64,000 nt of DNA, taken from positions 1,984,001 to 2,048,000 of the forward strand of contig CM039007.1 of NCBI GenBank assembly GCA_017499595.2. The letters run 5' to 3'. The stretch is from Psilocybe cubensis (taxonomy: Eukaryota). Numbering within the stretch: position 1 is the stretch's first letter; each line of letters begins with the position of its first letter. The notes under the pieces are model-generated. The model was not told the origin of the DNA and searched no databases. It worked only from the letters and a program-made list of their open reading frames with translations. Shown one piece after another: positions 47,996 through 61,981 of the stretch. A program made the translations under genes and the position numbers.

Positions 47996-48122
47996 GATGG
48001 TAAGTGAATGAAATGAGGTTGCCACGCAATAGGGAATCCCCGCATTTGACACAGGCACGCGCGCTAAATCTGATTGGGAAGAAACATACTCCCGCCAAGC
48101 TCATCCTCTCTCTCTCCTCACC

Positions 48123-49828
48123 ATGTCCGTCGATGCTGCTGCTAGATCTCGCACTCTCCACAGCAAGAGATCGTTTGGAAAGTATCCAAGACCAGTCGAC
48201 TCGCCTGCATACGACGCGTCAGTTGTCTTTTTTCTCTCTTTCTTGTTTGTTCTCCATTGATGACCATGTGCGCTGCAGATCGGAGGAGGATAACGACCCG
48301 CTCACGGACGATGCCTCAGCCGCGTCCCATCCGATCCCTATTTCTCGGCACCAGAATCCCCAACCCAACACCCGCCTCAGACCTTCCCCTCTCACCCGCC
48401 GCCACCACCACCTCCACGACGACGACAGCAGCGTAGACTCTCCCACCTACGACGGCGACATCGAGTCCAGCACAACTGCCGGCCCTGACCCCCTTCCACA
48501 CAAACCTACTCATCACCATTCCTCCTCCTCCGTATCCACCCTCAACACCCCCTTTTCGCCCTCCTCGCCCGGATCAACCCCCATCGCAGAGCCCCTCAAC
48601 CCGCTCTCTCCTACAGCCATGCGCCCCACCAACCCCAACTCCCATCTACCCGTCTTCATCTCCCCCCCGGTCAACACAGCCGCCGCGCCCCTCCTCGTCA
48701 CAGAGGAGCCAGCCGTGCCCCTCGCTTCCAAGGAGGCGTTCAACCCCGCTGCACTCACCCCAGCCGATATCCAGGCCTTTGTCAACAAAGCCATCCAAGG
48801 CGAGGTCCACCGCCCATACAAGATCAACCCGCCCCCTACAGATCGCCCCGTGCGCGTCTACGCTGACGGTTCGCCTCCCTCTTTTTTTGCCCTCCTCCCT
48901 CTTCTCTCTGACCATTGATCTTTTGATCTTTTTTTCTTTCTTCTTCTTCCTTTTTTTTTGTACGTCACTTTGCGCCATTTATAATCACATGATAGGTGTA
49001 TACGATCTATTCCATTTTGGGTACGGCGTCTACTGTCTGTCTTTTTCGTGTTGTTGACGTGCTGACGGATTTATGAAGTCATGCGCTCCAGCTGCGCCAG
49101 GCCAAACTATCTTTCCCATCCGTGTACCTCCTCGTGGGCGTAAACTCTGACGAACAAGTATGGTCCCACAAAGCACGCACAGTAATGAGCCACGCCGAGC
49201 GGTGCGTGCGCTTTCCCCCTTTCTCTCCTCTCTCCTTAACTCAGCATCTGCCTTTGTTAATTTTATTGGTAATTCCAGATTGGAAGCTGTTCGCCACTGC
49301 CGATGGGTTGATGAGGTCGTAGCTGAGGCTCCCTGGGTCATCGACGAGGCCTTTATCAAAAAATACGAGATCGACTATGTCGCGCACGACGAAGAGCTCT
49401 ACGCGAGCGCAGGCCACAACGACGTCTACGAATACGCCAAAAGTCAAGGTACGTCACCAGTCAACAGTCAATAGTCAACAGTCAACAAGCCCCCCAATCT
49501 ACTTTCTCATTCTTAACAAAATTTAAAATAACATATACATTTTTTTTGGGTTACAGGCAAATTCATCCCTACACGCCGCACACCAGGCGTATCGACATCC
49601 GAACTCCTCGAGCGGATCGTATCGGGGTATCGTAATCGCGAATTTGACGATAAGCTGACGAAGATGGGGCATGCGGAGTTGAGGGCCGAGGGGAGCGATT
49701 ATGATGGGCAGAGTAGGAGGGCGAGTAGGAGTGCGAGTCGGAGTGCGAGTCCCGGGCCGGGGGCGGGGGCGGTGGGAGGGGAGAGTGGGAGTGGGAGTCC
49801 GAAGCTTTTGGGGGCGCGTGCTAGTTAG
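48123..49828 (+). CDS. PCT1: Choline-phosphate cytidylyltransferase (CCT)
   Basis: Spliced MSVDAAARS..DA/SEEDN..RPVRVYADG/VYDLFHFG/HALQLRQAK (HxGH), RHCRWVDEVV, IDYVAHD, KFIPTRRTPGVSTSELLERIV; stop at 49826-49828. Confidence 0.93.
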
Positions 49829-50588
49829 GAGGTGTGTGTACCAGTAAGAACTTGTAAGAACTTGGGAGAGGGGTCGGGTGGGGTGGAAGGGAAGGGGAAG
49901 GGGAAGTGCGAGGAAGAGGAAGAGGAAGAGGAAGAGGTGTAGAATGTTAGATGCGCTGCTGAATTTTTTCCTTTTTTTTTCTTTTTTTAACTTGTGTAAT
50001 ATGTTCTTTTTTTATGGAAGGGGATGGAAAGGAAAGTAAGGGAAGATAAATGAAGAAGAGAAAATGGCAGAAGATGTGGGTTGCGGTGGTGAATAATATA
50101 TATGATACTCATTTTTAAGTATATAGTCGTTTTTGATTATTTTGATTATTCTTTTTCTCCTCATCGTTCTTGTGAAGTGTTTATATCATGTATGTATGCG
50201 CATTCAAGGAGGAAGGTAAGGCATCGAACTAACGAACCGTACTAGAATTATGTATTAGCATCCTGGCTCCTGGCCCTGGTTACTCTACAGGTACAATCTA
50301 CTTGTCTAACTGGCTATGTCTAAATAAAAACGCTTAGGCGCCTATATGACAGCCACGGTGACACTCGGTATCTTTTTCGTTTTTTTCGATCGGGATTCGG
50401 GCAACCTGGCAGGGGCAGGGGTAAAACGTAACGTAAACGTTTAGACTTTTATGTAAAAAAGAAGCTGATGTACTGCTTCAAGTTGAAGTTACAAGTTCTA
50501 GTTTGGTTTTTGCTTCTTTGTGGAGTTGTTAGGTATTTGCTATATTTAAACTTGAACCGTGGCCTTCCGTGTTCGCAAGATAGATGAT

Positions 50589-51370
50589 GTTGTTGAATCT
50601 GTTTATTATCGTGCAACAAGCAAACAGGGTGCTAAGACGCACGGGTGAGTGGTGCTCACCTCTCTACGCTAATCTATCTACTAAGTATTAGTTATCGATG
50701 TTTGTGTATCTAAGGGAACATCTGTAGGTAAAAATTATTGGTGTGGGGGTCGAGTGTGGTACGTATTCGAAGAGGAGGAAGATGTAGAATATAATAGAGA
50801 TGTAGATAAAGTAAAAAATAGATGTAGATAAAGTCAAATGCGGGGATAGTGAAAATGGGTAAATAAGTTGTGGATGTTTTCGAACAAAACGATGGATTGG
50901 CATCGGGGGTTTGATAGAGGTGTGTTGCCGTCTCCCGTTTGGATCACAGGCCAAGATCAGATTCGTCGTCTTCGGAGTCCGGGACTGGTTCGTCGTCGAA
51001 CGATGGAGGTTTGGGTGGTAGTGGTTGGGTGCCAGATTGAGTGTATGCCCCGGAGGCTGCGAGGAAAGATGCCAGGGTTTTAATGCCTTGGGTCGTTCCT
51101 AGGATTTCCGGTAAAAATATGCATCGGGAGGCCTGTAGTAGTTCTCTTCGCGCTTCAGTGTAGCGTGGGCATGCTTGAAGAATGTGTTCTCGGGTCTGAA
51201 CGTCTACTTCTCCGCATGGGCAGCTGATTTCACCTTCTGGTTTGTGCGACATTGGATGATGCGTCCAAATAATTCTCTAGGTTTTGGGAACCTTTGGACG
51301 TGTTGCATGGTCGGTGTGGGGAATTTGAGGGAAGGTTGGATGCGGTTGGCGGGTGCGAAGCCACCGGTCT
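50589..51370 (-). mobile_element. 5'-truncated non-LTR retrotransposon (fungal Tad1/I-group LINE), 782 bp, with 14-bp TSD
   Basis: TSD gcaagatagatgat at 50575-50588 and 51371-51384. Encodes the ORF2 C-terminus (..RELFGRIIQCRT, internal deletion, ..CPCGEVDVQTREHILQACPRY CCHC knuckle) plus 3' UTR. Confidence 0.9.
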
Positions 51371-51517
51371 GCAAGATAGATGATATCTTTACTATTCAGG
51401 TGAGTAGTACTACAGAAAACACCCATAAATGTGACGCCCTGCATATAAGTAAGTAACCATACATATGTCCAAAAAAAATCACAGAAAAAAGGGCATCATC
51501 ACAAACTCAAGGAAGAG

Positions 51518-52507
51518 CTAGCTCGTACTCGTACTCGTAGCTTGCAAAGAGTGCTCCCACAAAATTCGCTGAGCATCGTTCGCAAAGCGAGGAAACCCCT
51601 TCAAGCCGATATCATCCCCGTTTTCGTTCCGCCTGTACATCCCTCGCTCGGCCTGGATTAGCGCATAGAGCATATACTCCGCGCACGTCTCCTGCGTGCG
51701 CGTGATCAGCCAGAGAAGTGGCGAGAGGAAAAAGAGAAAGAGCTTGGAGATGGGGTTGGATGATTTGTGTAAGATTGCTGTGGATACGAATCCTGGGAAG
51801 ATGTGCGTGAATGCGATGTTGGGCTCGCGTTTGGAGAATTCCTTGCAAGACAAATGTTAAAATCTTTAAATGGGAGTGGTAGGTAGGCACGGGTAAGAAA
51901 TGCTTACAGCAACCATGAGATCGTTGTAGTCGATGCTTGCCATCATAGCTTTCCAGCCTGTGTACCGCTTCTTCAGACCCAAGTCATCGAGGTCGACCTC
52001 GGAAGTTCCTTTAGAACCTGCTCCAAGCACAGTGAGGACACTCGCTGGCTCACCACGCTCCGTTGCCTTTCGGAGTAAAGGCAGCAGATCGTAGGTCAGA
52101 GTAAACCGGGCATAGTACCTCGACGCCAATTTAACGTCGATCCCTTCCTCCGTCTCCCGCCTTCCGTCCAGACCAAAGACGCCCGCGCAGTGCACGAGAA
52201 AGTTGAGCTTGGGAAGGCGCGCCGAGAGGTCCTGCGCGAGTGCGTGCACGTTCTGCATTAGGCTCACGTCGCATGCGATGAACTCGTAGATTGCGGCTGG
52301 GTGTGTGGGTAGTGTGGATATGATGCGCGACGCGGCGGAGGAGTTGCGTGCGATTATGATGATGTGGACGCGCCCGTGCAGGTGGCGCGCTAGGGTTTGT
52401 GTTATTGCTTGGCCGATGCCGGAGGTGGCGCCTGTGATCACCATGACTGGGACGTAGGACGGGGTGTAGGATGCGTTGGAGTTTTGGGCGACGAGGAATG
52501 AAGGCAT
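51518..52507 (-). CDS. Short-chain dehydrogenase/reductase (NAD(P)-binding Rossmann fold)
   Basis: MPSFLVAQNSN..VMVITGATSGIG, NFLVHCAG, ETEEGIDVKLASRYYARF; second exon FTHIFPGFVST; one intron at ~51845-51907. Confidence 0.9.
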
Positions 52508-52897
52508 GGTGGTTGAGGAGGTGGTAGACCTGGTCTGTTGCTTTTTATTTCGCGCAGTGAGAACCCTTCGTAATGCCGAAGGACTGCGTGTATTCACGTC
52601 AAGGCGGGAGAGAGACCATGCAACTATGGCCACAGATAACCGTCAAGTTCAATCTGTTGGATTAGAGCAAGGTAGTCCCGCAAACTGAATGACATGATTG
52701 TTCTGGAATCTGAATGGTTACAGTCAAGTTACAGTGTATGGCAGGAGCAAGGGAAAGCGCGCGCCGCGCACTAAAACGGTTTTAAACTCAGCACCCGACG
52801 GATAACCGGGCCGGAGAGCTTGACCCCAGTTGTTCAACCCTCTTTCGCTTTCATTCGCAGGTATCTGGCTGCTTTACACTTCAAGGGTCGCGTGTTT

Positions 52898-55509
52898 ATG
52901 GTGTCCAAACCTGATGCTCAAACTCCTTCCTCCAAACCCGACAACAGGGCCTCAAGAACACGAGTAACACAGACACAAGGATGGATCGCGGCTGTAATTG
53001 CACTAGGCTTTTCTGCTCTGGTGTTGTTCAGCAGCACAGGAGATGCATCGTATACTATCTGTTCTAAAGCGAAGAACATATATACAGTGGATGAACGCAA
53101 CCCTAGAGTCGAGTGCATTTCTGTGCGAGGAACGGAGATAGTAAAGGTCGGGGAGTATGGTGAGTTTCTCTACCTACAATCTTGTTCGGTGTGTTGGTTT
53201 GACAAGTGGTTTACCATATCTATGCCTGCTGAAAACTTGTTCAAATCAGTAGGTCAATCATGGAGCCAGACATACCTTGCAGGGGTCACGTCACTGTTGC
53301 CGAGCTGGCTAGCAAAGTATTCAAGAGTTTCCGGAAGAGTTATTCAGCTCGATGACTCTTCTGTCTTAGTTCCAGGACTGGCAGGTGCTTTGTTTCATTG
53401 ACAGGTCACTCTTTCACCCCTCACTTACATTCGTGTGGGCTTAGATGCGCACGCCCACATCATTGAAAATGGGTACATGAGGCAATTACCCTTGATGGGA
53501 TCTCAGTCAGTCCAAGGTTAATCCCACCAGGGTTTCGACGTACCTCCGTGCTAAATACCGAAGATAGAGGTCATCGAGCGTATAAAAGCATATATCCTTG
53601 CTCATCCCGAAGTGATGAACGACAAGTCGCGATGGATCGAAGGAATGGGTTGGGATCAGACGAAGTGGCCTGGTTCTCAATTCCCCACTGCAGTATGTCC
53701 ACATACTTGTATTCGAACATTAATCTGCTGGTGTTAACTCACTTTGTGCAGTCCGACCTAGATAAAGATCCGCTTCTGAAGGGTCGTCTTATATCATTGA
53801 CTCGTGTTGATGGACACGCCCGTTGGGTTTCACTGTCTGTCCTGGACCTTATGCCAAATTTACCGGAGAAAGTAGGCGGAGGCTTGATAGTACGTGATGA
53901 ACACGGCAAACCAACAGGTATGCACCGCTCACGAATAGCATGGTACTTCAATTTGACGAACTAATGATTCACTTGAGGTATCTTTGTCGACCATGCAATG
54001 AGCTTGATCCCTACGCCGCCATGGAGTGATGCCCAGCTCACGGATTTCTTCGACATGACGATAAAAGAAGCACTTTCGTATGGTCTAACCTCTATACACG
54101 ACGCTGGGTCATCTCCCCATCAAATCGAGTTTTTCAAAAAGTACGTGCCTGAACGTGCTGTTTCCATTTCTGATTTACCAACTATTTGTTAGGCGCGCAG
54201 AAGCTGGGACGTTGCCTGTATGTAGATGCTTTACGGTTGGTGTGGCATTACTAATTTAGCATAGAACAGGCTTTATGTCATGGGTAAAGTTGACTCTGAA
54301 GAGTACTGGGGAAACCAAATTCCACGACTACATGATTACGGAATGCATGGGCGACTTAACATTCAGGGTATCAAGATCGTTGCTGACGGTGAGCCTTTTT
54401 CCCCCACGACGTCTCGAATGGCCTTGATAATGAAGATGACAGGCGCTCTGGGGTCGTGGGGGGCAGCGCTACTCGAACCATACTCTGATAAACCCGACAT
54501 GCGTGGTCTACTGCTTAGCAGCCCCGAAACGCTCAGAAAACTCGTTCATCAGTTCTGGAAGGACGGATGGCAGACTGTAAGTTCTCTTGCTTCTGGTGTG
54601 CTACTTACCCTGGTCATTCATCACTGTGACATTTGAAGAACATACATTGCATCGGAGATAGAGCCAACCACGAAGTCCTGAACATCTTCGAAGACATTCT
54701 TGAGAAACGGGGTGGGAATGTGACTGAATGGCGTCCGAGGATCGAACATGCACAGATATTTACTCCCGGAGACCTTAAGCGTATGAAACAGCTAGGAGGT
54801 ATGCGCTTCAAGTTCATATACTTGACATTGTCAACTGAAGAGAGGATTTGTTAGTGATTGCAAGTGTGCAACCGACACACGCGTAAGTCTAGTTTTTAGA
54901 GCGACTATCACTGTGTCTAATTTAAGAGTGCGCAGAACATCAGACATGTGGTACGCCGAGACGCGTGTGGGTCCAGATAGGATCAAAGGCGCGTACGCCT
55001 ACCAGACCTTGCTAAAGTGAGCGTACCCTTCATCTCCCTCATTGCTATCCCTTATCGCAAATAACCAACTTTAGGGCGTCTCCAAATGGCGTTCTTCCCT
55101 TGGGCTCCGATTTCCCCATCGAAGGCGTAAACCCGCTCCTTGGGTTCTATGCCGCAGTAACCCGGCTATCCGTAGATGGGACTTCCCCCCACGGCTCCGG
55201 AGGATGGTAAGGCTCTGCTTCCTAATATTCCTCTTCGTCGCCAAGTTAACGTCATTGTTCTTTCTACCCTATCCCCTTTCAAGGTTTACGGATGAACTTC
55301 TGACTCGGGAACAGGCGCTTAAAGGAATGACTCTTGACGCTGCATACGCCGCTTTTGCGGAAGAGACGCTGGGGTCTCTTACTCCTGGGAAGAAAGCCGA
55401 CTTTGTAGTGTTCGATAAGAATATCATGCAGGTTCCCGTAGGCGATATCTTAAAGGCGAAGGTGCTTGCGACTGTGGTGGATGGCGAGGTTATGTACGGC
55501 ACATTGTAA
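52898..55509 (+). CDS. Metal-dependent amidohydrolase (YtcJ-like, amidohydrolase-3 family) with N-terminal membrane anchor
   Basis: Multi-exon; PGLA/DAHAH, GMGWDQ, RVDGHARW, GLTSIHDAG, NIHCIGDRAN, RIEHAQI, LGSDFPIE, GSLTPGKKADFVV. Confidence 0.92.
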
Positions 55510-56019
55510 ATATATGCGCATGTTACACGTGTACAAGGAATGATAAGTTGAAACGCATACATGATATTTTTGCTGTAGTAGACTTGTGCTCTAAGTAAGA
55601 AATTAGGAACTCTAGGGCGAAAATTTTATTTGGACTCAGGCAAATATTCAAACAAGTTTTCAACACTTCAAAAAAGATTATATTCAAAGTGGCCTATGAT
55701 AGATTTTATGATAGGTATATGGTAATTGTACCCGGAAGATAAACCGAGAATAAAAGAACAGAAAATTGAATTTTTTTTCATCACGTCGAAAAATCGAAAG
55801 GTGGGTTATAATAATTTTATATAATAAAAAAATGAAAAGAAGATGTTTTTTGATCACGTCGAAAATCGAAGTAATCTATAAGAAATAAAACAAACAAAGA
55901 AATGAAATAAAGAAATAAAAGTGAAAAAAATAGTAGTTTGAAATAGATGTAGGTCAGAGAAACAAAATAGAAGTAGAAAACAAGAAAGCAAAGAAACACA
56001 TAGCGAAATAGCGAAAGCG

Positions 56020-58594
56020 AGTAGCGAGAATGTGTGTGCGAATCAATAGCAAGTAGTATGCGCCTGTGCATAGATGGCGAATAGAAAGTGCGCCTGTGCA
56101 AATAGGTGGCGAGTAGACAGTGTCCGTGTGCGGATCGATAGCGAGTAGAGTGCGCCTGTACTGATAGGTGGCGAGTAGAGTGTGCCTGTGCAAATCGATA
56201 GCGAGTAGTATGCGCTTGTGCAGATAGGTGGCGTGTAGACTGTGTCCGTGTGCGAATGGATAGCGAATAGTATGCGCTTGTGCAAATAGACGGCTGGTAG
56301 TGTGCGCCTGTGCTGATAGGTGGCGAGTAGAGTGTGCCTGTTCAAATCAATAGCGAGTAGTATGCGCTTGTGCAGATAGGTGGCGTGTAGATTGTGTCCG
56401 TGTGCTAATGGATAGCGAATAGTATGCGCTTGTGCAAATAGACGGCTGGTAGTGTGCGCCTGTGTAGATAGACGACGAGTAGTCTATGTACGTGTGCAGG
56501 TTGATAGCGAGTAGAGTGCGCTTGTGCAAGTAGGCTGCGAGTAGACTATGTGCGTGTGCATGTCGATAGCGGGTAGTGTGCGCCTGTGCAAGTCGATAGC
56601 GGGTAGTGTGTGCCTGTGCAGATAGGTGGTGGGTAGTGTGCCCCTGTGCAGATAGATTGTGAGTAGATTGAACATGTGCAGATCGATAGCAAGTAGTATG
56701 CACCTGTGCAAATAGATAGCGAGTGTCCGTGTGCAAATCGATAGCGAGTAGGGTGCGCCTGTGCAAATAGGTGGCAAGTAGAGTGTGCCTGTGCAGATTG
56801 ATAGCGGGTAGTGTGCGCCTGTGCAAATAGATGGCGGGTAGTGTGCACCTGTGCAAATAGATGGTGAGTGGACTGTCAGTGTGCAGATCGATAGTAAGTA
56901 GCATGTACCTGTGCAAATAGATAACGAGTGTCCGTGTGGAAATCGACAGCGAGTAGGGTGCGCCTGTGCAGATAGATGGCAAGTAGACTGTCCGTGTGCA
57001 GGTAGTGTGCACCTGTGCAGATAGATAGCGAGTAGAGTGCGCCTGTGAAGATAGATGGCGAGTAGTGTGTGCTTGTGCAAGTAGGTTGCGAAAAGACTAT
57101 GTGCGTGTGCGTGTCGATAGCGAGTAGTGTGCGCCTGTGCAAATAGGTGGCGGGTAGTGTGCACCTGTTCAGATAGATGGTGAGTAGGTTGCACGTGTGC
57201 AGATCGATAGCAAGTAGTGTGCACCTGTGGAATAGATAGCGAGTGTCCGTTTGCGAATCAATAGCGAGTAGGGTGCGCCTGTGCAAGTAGGTTGCGAATA
57301 GACAGTGTCCGTGTGCTAATCGATAGCAAGTAGTGTGCGCCTGTGCAGATAGATGGGGAATAGTGTGTCCGTGTGCTAATCGATAGCGAGTAGGGTGCGC
57401 CTGTGCAAGTAGGTTGCGAGAAGATTATGTGCGTGTGCATGTCGATAGCGAGTAATGTGCGCCTGTGGAGATAGGTGGGGGGTAGTGTGCACCTGTGCAG
57501 ATAGATGGTGAGTACATTGAACGTGTGCAGATCAATAGCAAGTAGTGTGCACCTGTGCAAATAGATAGCGAGTGTCCGTGTGCAAATCGATAGCGAGTAG
57601 GGTGCGCCTGTGCAAATAGGTGGCAAGTAGAGTGTGCCTGTGCAGATCGATAGCGGGTAGTGTGCGCTTGGATCGATAGCGAGTAGAGTGCGCCTGTGCA
57701 AATAGATGGCGGGTAGTGTGCACCTGTGCAGATAGATGGTGAGTAGGTTGAACGTGCGCAGATCGATAGCATGTAGTGTGCACCTGTGCAAATAGATAGC
57801 GAGTGTCCGTGTGCGAATCGATAGCGAGTAGGGTACGCCTGTGCAAGTAGGTTGCGAATAGACAGTGTCCGTGTGCAAATCGATAGCGAGTAGAGTGCGC
57901 GTGTGCAGATAGATGGCGAGTAGAGTGTCCGTGTGCCAATCGATAGCGAGTAGGGTGCGCCTGTGCAAGTAGGTTGCGAGAAGACTATGTGCGTGTGCAT
58001 GTCGATAGCGGGTAGTATGCGCCTGTGCAAGTCGATAGCGGGTAATGTGTGCCTGTGAAGATAGGTGGCGGGTAGTGTACCCCTGTGCAGATAGATGTGA
58101 GTAGATTGAACGTGTACAGATCGATAGCAAGTAGTATGCACCTGTGCAAATAGATAGCGAATGTCCGTGTGCAAATCGATAGCGAGTAGGGTGCGCCTGT
58201 GCAAATAGGTGGCAAGTAGAGTGAGCCTGTGCAGATCGATAGCGGGTAGTGTGCGCTTGTACAAGTAGATAGACAGTGTCCGTGTGCAGATCGACAGCGA
58301 ATAGTGTGCGCCTGTGCAAATTGATATCGAATAGAGTGCGTCTGTTCAAGTATGATGCGAGTAGACAGTGTCCGTGTGCGAATATATAGCGAGTAGGGTG
58401 CGCCTGGATCGATAGCGAGTAGTATGCGCCTGTACAAATAGATGGTGGGTAGTGTGCGCCTGTGCAGATAGATGGTGAGTAGACTGTCCCTGTGCAGATC
58501 AATAGCAAGTAGTGCGCACCTGTGCAAATAGATAGCGAGTGTCCATGTGCAAATCGATAGCGAGTAGAGTGTTCCTGTGCAAATAGATGGCGAG
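56020..58594. repeat. Satellite/minisatellite array of ~30-bp units (gatagcgagtagtgtgcgcctgtgcaaata-like) with higher-order structure
   Basis: About 2.6 kb of directly visible degenerate repeats; G-rich on the plus strand. Confidence 0.95.
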
Positions 58595-59900
58595 CAGGCT
58601 AAAAACCAATGGTGGGCAGACCGATCCGGTCAGACAGCTGGCTTTGGTATATCCGGGCAACAATCATCTCTGATGCAAGAATGTAAGGAACAGCACTCGT
58701 CAGCGCTGCCCCTGCCACCCCATGCAATCAGACCACCACCGATGCAACAAAAACTCAGAAGCGCTCGTCAGCGCCTCGAGTTCAAGATGCACCTGTGGTG
58801 TGGTGAAGGGTATCATCTCGTCAGACGATCCTCCACCCGATGAAAGGGGAAGGTAGCCCGTCGACTACCGTTCCCGTGCCCAGATGATATTGCCAGCGCG
58901 CTGGATGGTATGGTCTTCGCCAGGTTTTATCTGTAATGATAAGATTAGGACAAGTGAGGTAGTTCAAAGAAGTAATAACAACATACCAGACATTTCAGCC
59001 AAACAGAAGGAGCGAAATAAATGCAAGTAGGTGTAGGCACCCGACAGCGAAAACATGCGGCCTTGCGATGCCAAATGTTAAAGAACCTGAGAGCTGGGGT
59101 GAGAGACAGTCGCCACTATATATATGCGTATAAAACTGACCGATTATGAGCTCACGCCCATGTAACACAACCCCAATTTTTCAGAGGTATATATTGACCT
59201 TGAGACATAAAATTAAGAAACAATGGAATTAATAATTGGCCTAAAACTCACCATATATTAAGAGTAAGATGTTGAAATATGAATAGAACTTGGTACACAT
59301 AGATATTTCCAAGAACCTGCTAATCAAAATTAGTAATGGCTAAACGAGATGAGGAAAAACTCACTTTTACTGTAGATATTTTTGCTGCATGTTTGAAGGC
59401 ACAGCCCACAAACAAGATACACGACGCCACCGTTTCCAAAGAAACGGGAGATTAAAAGATACAAAAAACACCACGAAAAAATACAAATCTGGAGAAGACA
59501 CAGACAAAATACAAAAAACAAGAAAAATGAACAAATATAAAACAAAAAAATAGAAAATAAAACAAAAAAAGAGATAAACAGAGTATGATCCAGAGACAAA
59601 TCCACAGACGATAGACAATTCCGAGAGGAGAGACAAGAGAGAAAGATCCAGAGGCGAGAGAAGAAAAAAAAATCCAAAGGCGAGAGACAAATCCAGATGC
59701 GAGAGAGAGAAGATAAGCGAGAGATCCAAATGCGAGTGGGGATACAAATCCAAAGGCGATAACGAAAAGAATAACCCAGTATACAGTCTGAGAAAAAAGC
59801 GTCCGCCGTCCATGAGATGATAGAGGCTTCAGCATATAGAGATATCATGCTAACACTGGCAGCCATAGCGAGTAGCGAGGAGGAAGCGACACATCCGAGC

Positions 59901-61981
59901 TTACAACTCAGGCATAGTGTAGTAGTAGGATTCCGGGCGGTTGTAGTACAAAGGCAGGGAGAGAGGACGAAGCCCAGACCTAGGTGCTGATTGTGGTGGG
60001 TGCAGGTCGTCGAATCGACGGCGCTGGGCAGCAGTTGACAGTACGGAGATCCGAGAATCAACAGGAGTGCACGTGCTTACATCCGCGATAGGTGAAGAAT
60101 CTTCCAGTTCAGGGACAGACGAAGCGAATTCCTTGGTCATTTCGTCATCAGAGACCGCCTCGGGGCAAGTTTCTTGAACCTCGACTGGAGTAGAAGGAGA
60201 CGACGAGTACTCTGAAACGGCGGATTCCACAAGAGGGGACAAACCATTGTCGGAGGATTCTTCCATGCCGTCCTCACTGATGACAGGGGAATCCGTAGTT
60301 GGCGAATCAAGGGCAACCCGAGTAAGATATTGACAGTTAATGAAGGCTTCGACTTAAAAAAGAAGCATCTCAGTAAAAGAAATGATAGCACCTGAATGAG
60401 AAATGTACTGACTGATATCATCGTCCAGGAGAGGGACGGATCCAAATGCATCGACCTTGAAGTTGCTATCTACTGAATAAACTCCCAAGAGATAGGTGTC
60501 ATCTTCAAGGGGAGCAATGTCACAGTCTATATCTTCGATTGACCAAACGTCAATAACTATTCCACGCAGAATAAGAGTATACGCACCGGCATTTGCGTCC
60601 AAAAAGATAGAGCCAAAGGCACGAATGATGAATTTAGTGCCCACAGAAAGAGAATCGGCGTGGTCGAGGACGACACAGGAGGTAGAGACCTCAGCGACAA
60701 CGTCATCCACTGCAGCAGAAAGGTCGACATCTATATGCACACCATATCAGTCAACAAGAGTGGTGGAGAAGATGTATGTAAGAAAGTGGCGTACCATTGC
60801 AGGATGAGGAACGTTCTTCTTTGATGTCCTTGATGACAACTTCTACAACGACAGGCTCCTCGACTATAGCAAACTCCCCAGTGACTAGACCATCAACAGC
60901 AGCAGGCTCCTTGGCAACGGCCGCCCCTTGGACGATAACGGTCTCCTCGATGACAAGCTCCGCGCCCTCAACGACAACACATTCCTCAACGGCGGGAACG
61001 ATTGAATCTTCGGCTTGAGCAACGGTGACATGTTTGTTGGCAGAAACATCGTCTTCGGGGAGGACAAATCGCGCATGACGTCTCTTCTTCTGGTTAACAC
61101 GGGTAGTGTTGACCTCCCCGACTTCAACAGCATCGGCGTGGTTGTCAGCGACAGGCTTGACCAACTCTCTGATCTTAGTGACTCCAGCGGATTGGAAGTC
61201 GCGGACGTATACTGGAGGGTGTACGATTTGCCCTTGCCGTTTCCTGTGCTCGAGAGTAATGGCGGAGATGGGTGCTGCTGCCCCGGGGACCTGCTCAGGA
61301 TGGCCCATACCATTGATGACAGTTGGGCCCCTCGACCTCAAAGAAGCGGAGGTAGTATGATACGAAGGCTTGAGAACGCGTCCGTGGAAGTGTTCATACT
61401 CTGCACCCACGTTGTCGGGTCCATACATCGTAGGCGGGGCGACTTTGTCAAGGCGTTCCTTGATCTCCTTGATATTGGGGGTGGGCCTAATGGGCTTCTT
61501 GCCTTCGATCTTTGCAGTGGGCGCGTGAAGCCTGGGCTGGGCGATATCCCCATGTCGGTCACCATTCTCGGATACAGCAACGGCGGGGATGGGGGTTCCC
61601 TTGGAGGGAGCGGGATACCTGGCCTCGAAGATACACTCGCCAGTGGGGGTAAACTCTGGCTTGTATTTTTGATCATAGAAGCTTTCGTCATCGTCGATGA
61701 TAGCTCCGACATCGTGCGATTTGCCCGACGCGCAAGGCACGGTCTTCTTAAGGATATTCAACACTATGGGACAGAAAACGCGTCAAAACGCAACCAAAAC
61801 GCGTAGACGAGGGGGCGGAATGATACATACACACACGGCGAGCCTTTCCTTTCTTTTTCTTCTCCTTTGACGCGTTCTTTGCAGAAGAAACGACGTCGGG
61901 CGGGGTACCTTTTACCTCGGCGACAACATCGCCCTTAGAGGGCTTGCACTTAAAGAGCTTGGAGATGGTGTTCTTGGCCAT
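59901..61981 (-). CDS. Multi-exon low-complexity hypothetical protein (basic N-terminus, acidic/Val-rich C-terminal half)
   Basis: ORFs 61748-61981, 60751-61764, 60354-60740 and 59901-60266 are in collinear order with intron-like gaps. No recognisable domain; 3' end uncertain. Confidence 0.55.

Noticed and set aside
56043-58527. Long His/Thr/Cys-rich minus-strand ORFs (up to 416 aa) in all three frames
   Set aside because: They are translations of the ~30-bp satellite, which simply lacks stop codons on that strand.
56020-58594. CRISPR-like appearance of the ~30-bp repeat array
   Set aside because: No unique spacers, degenerate units, no cas genes, eukaryotic context.
59330-60061. Phe/Leu/Ser-rich 'membrane protein' ORFs
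   Set aside because: Translation of A-rich repetitive non-coding sequence; open in several frames.
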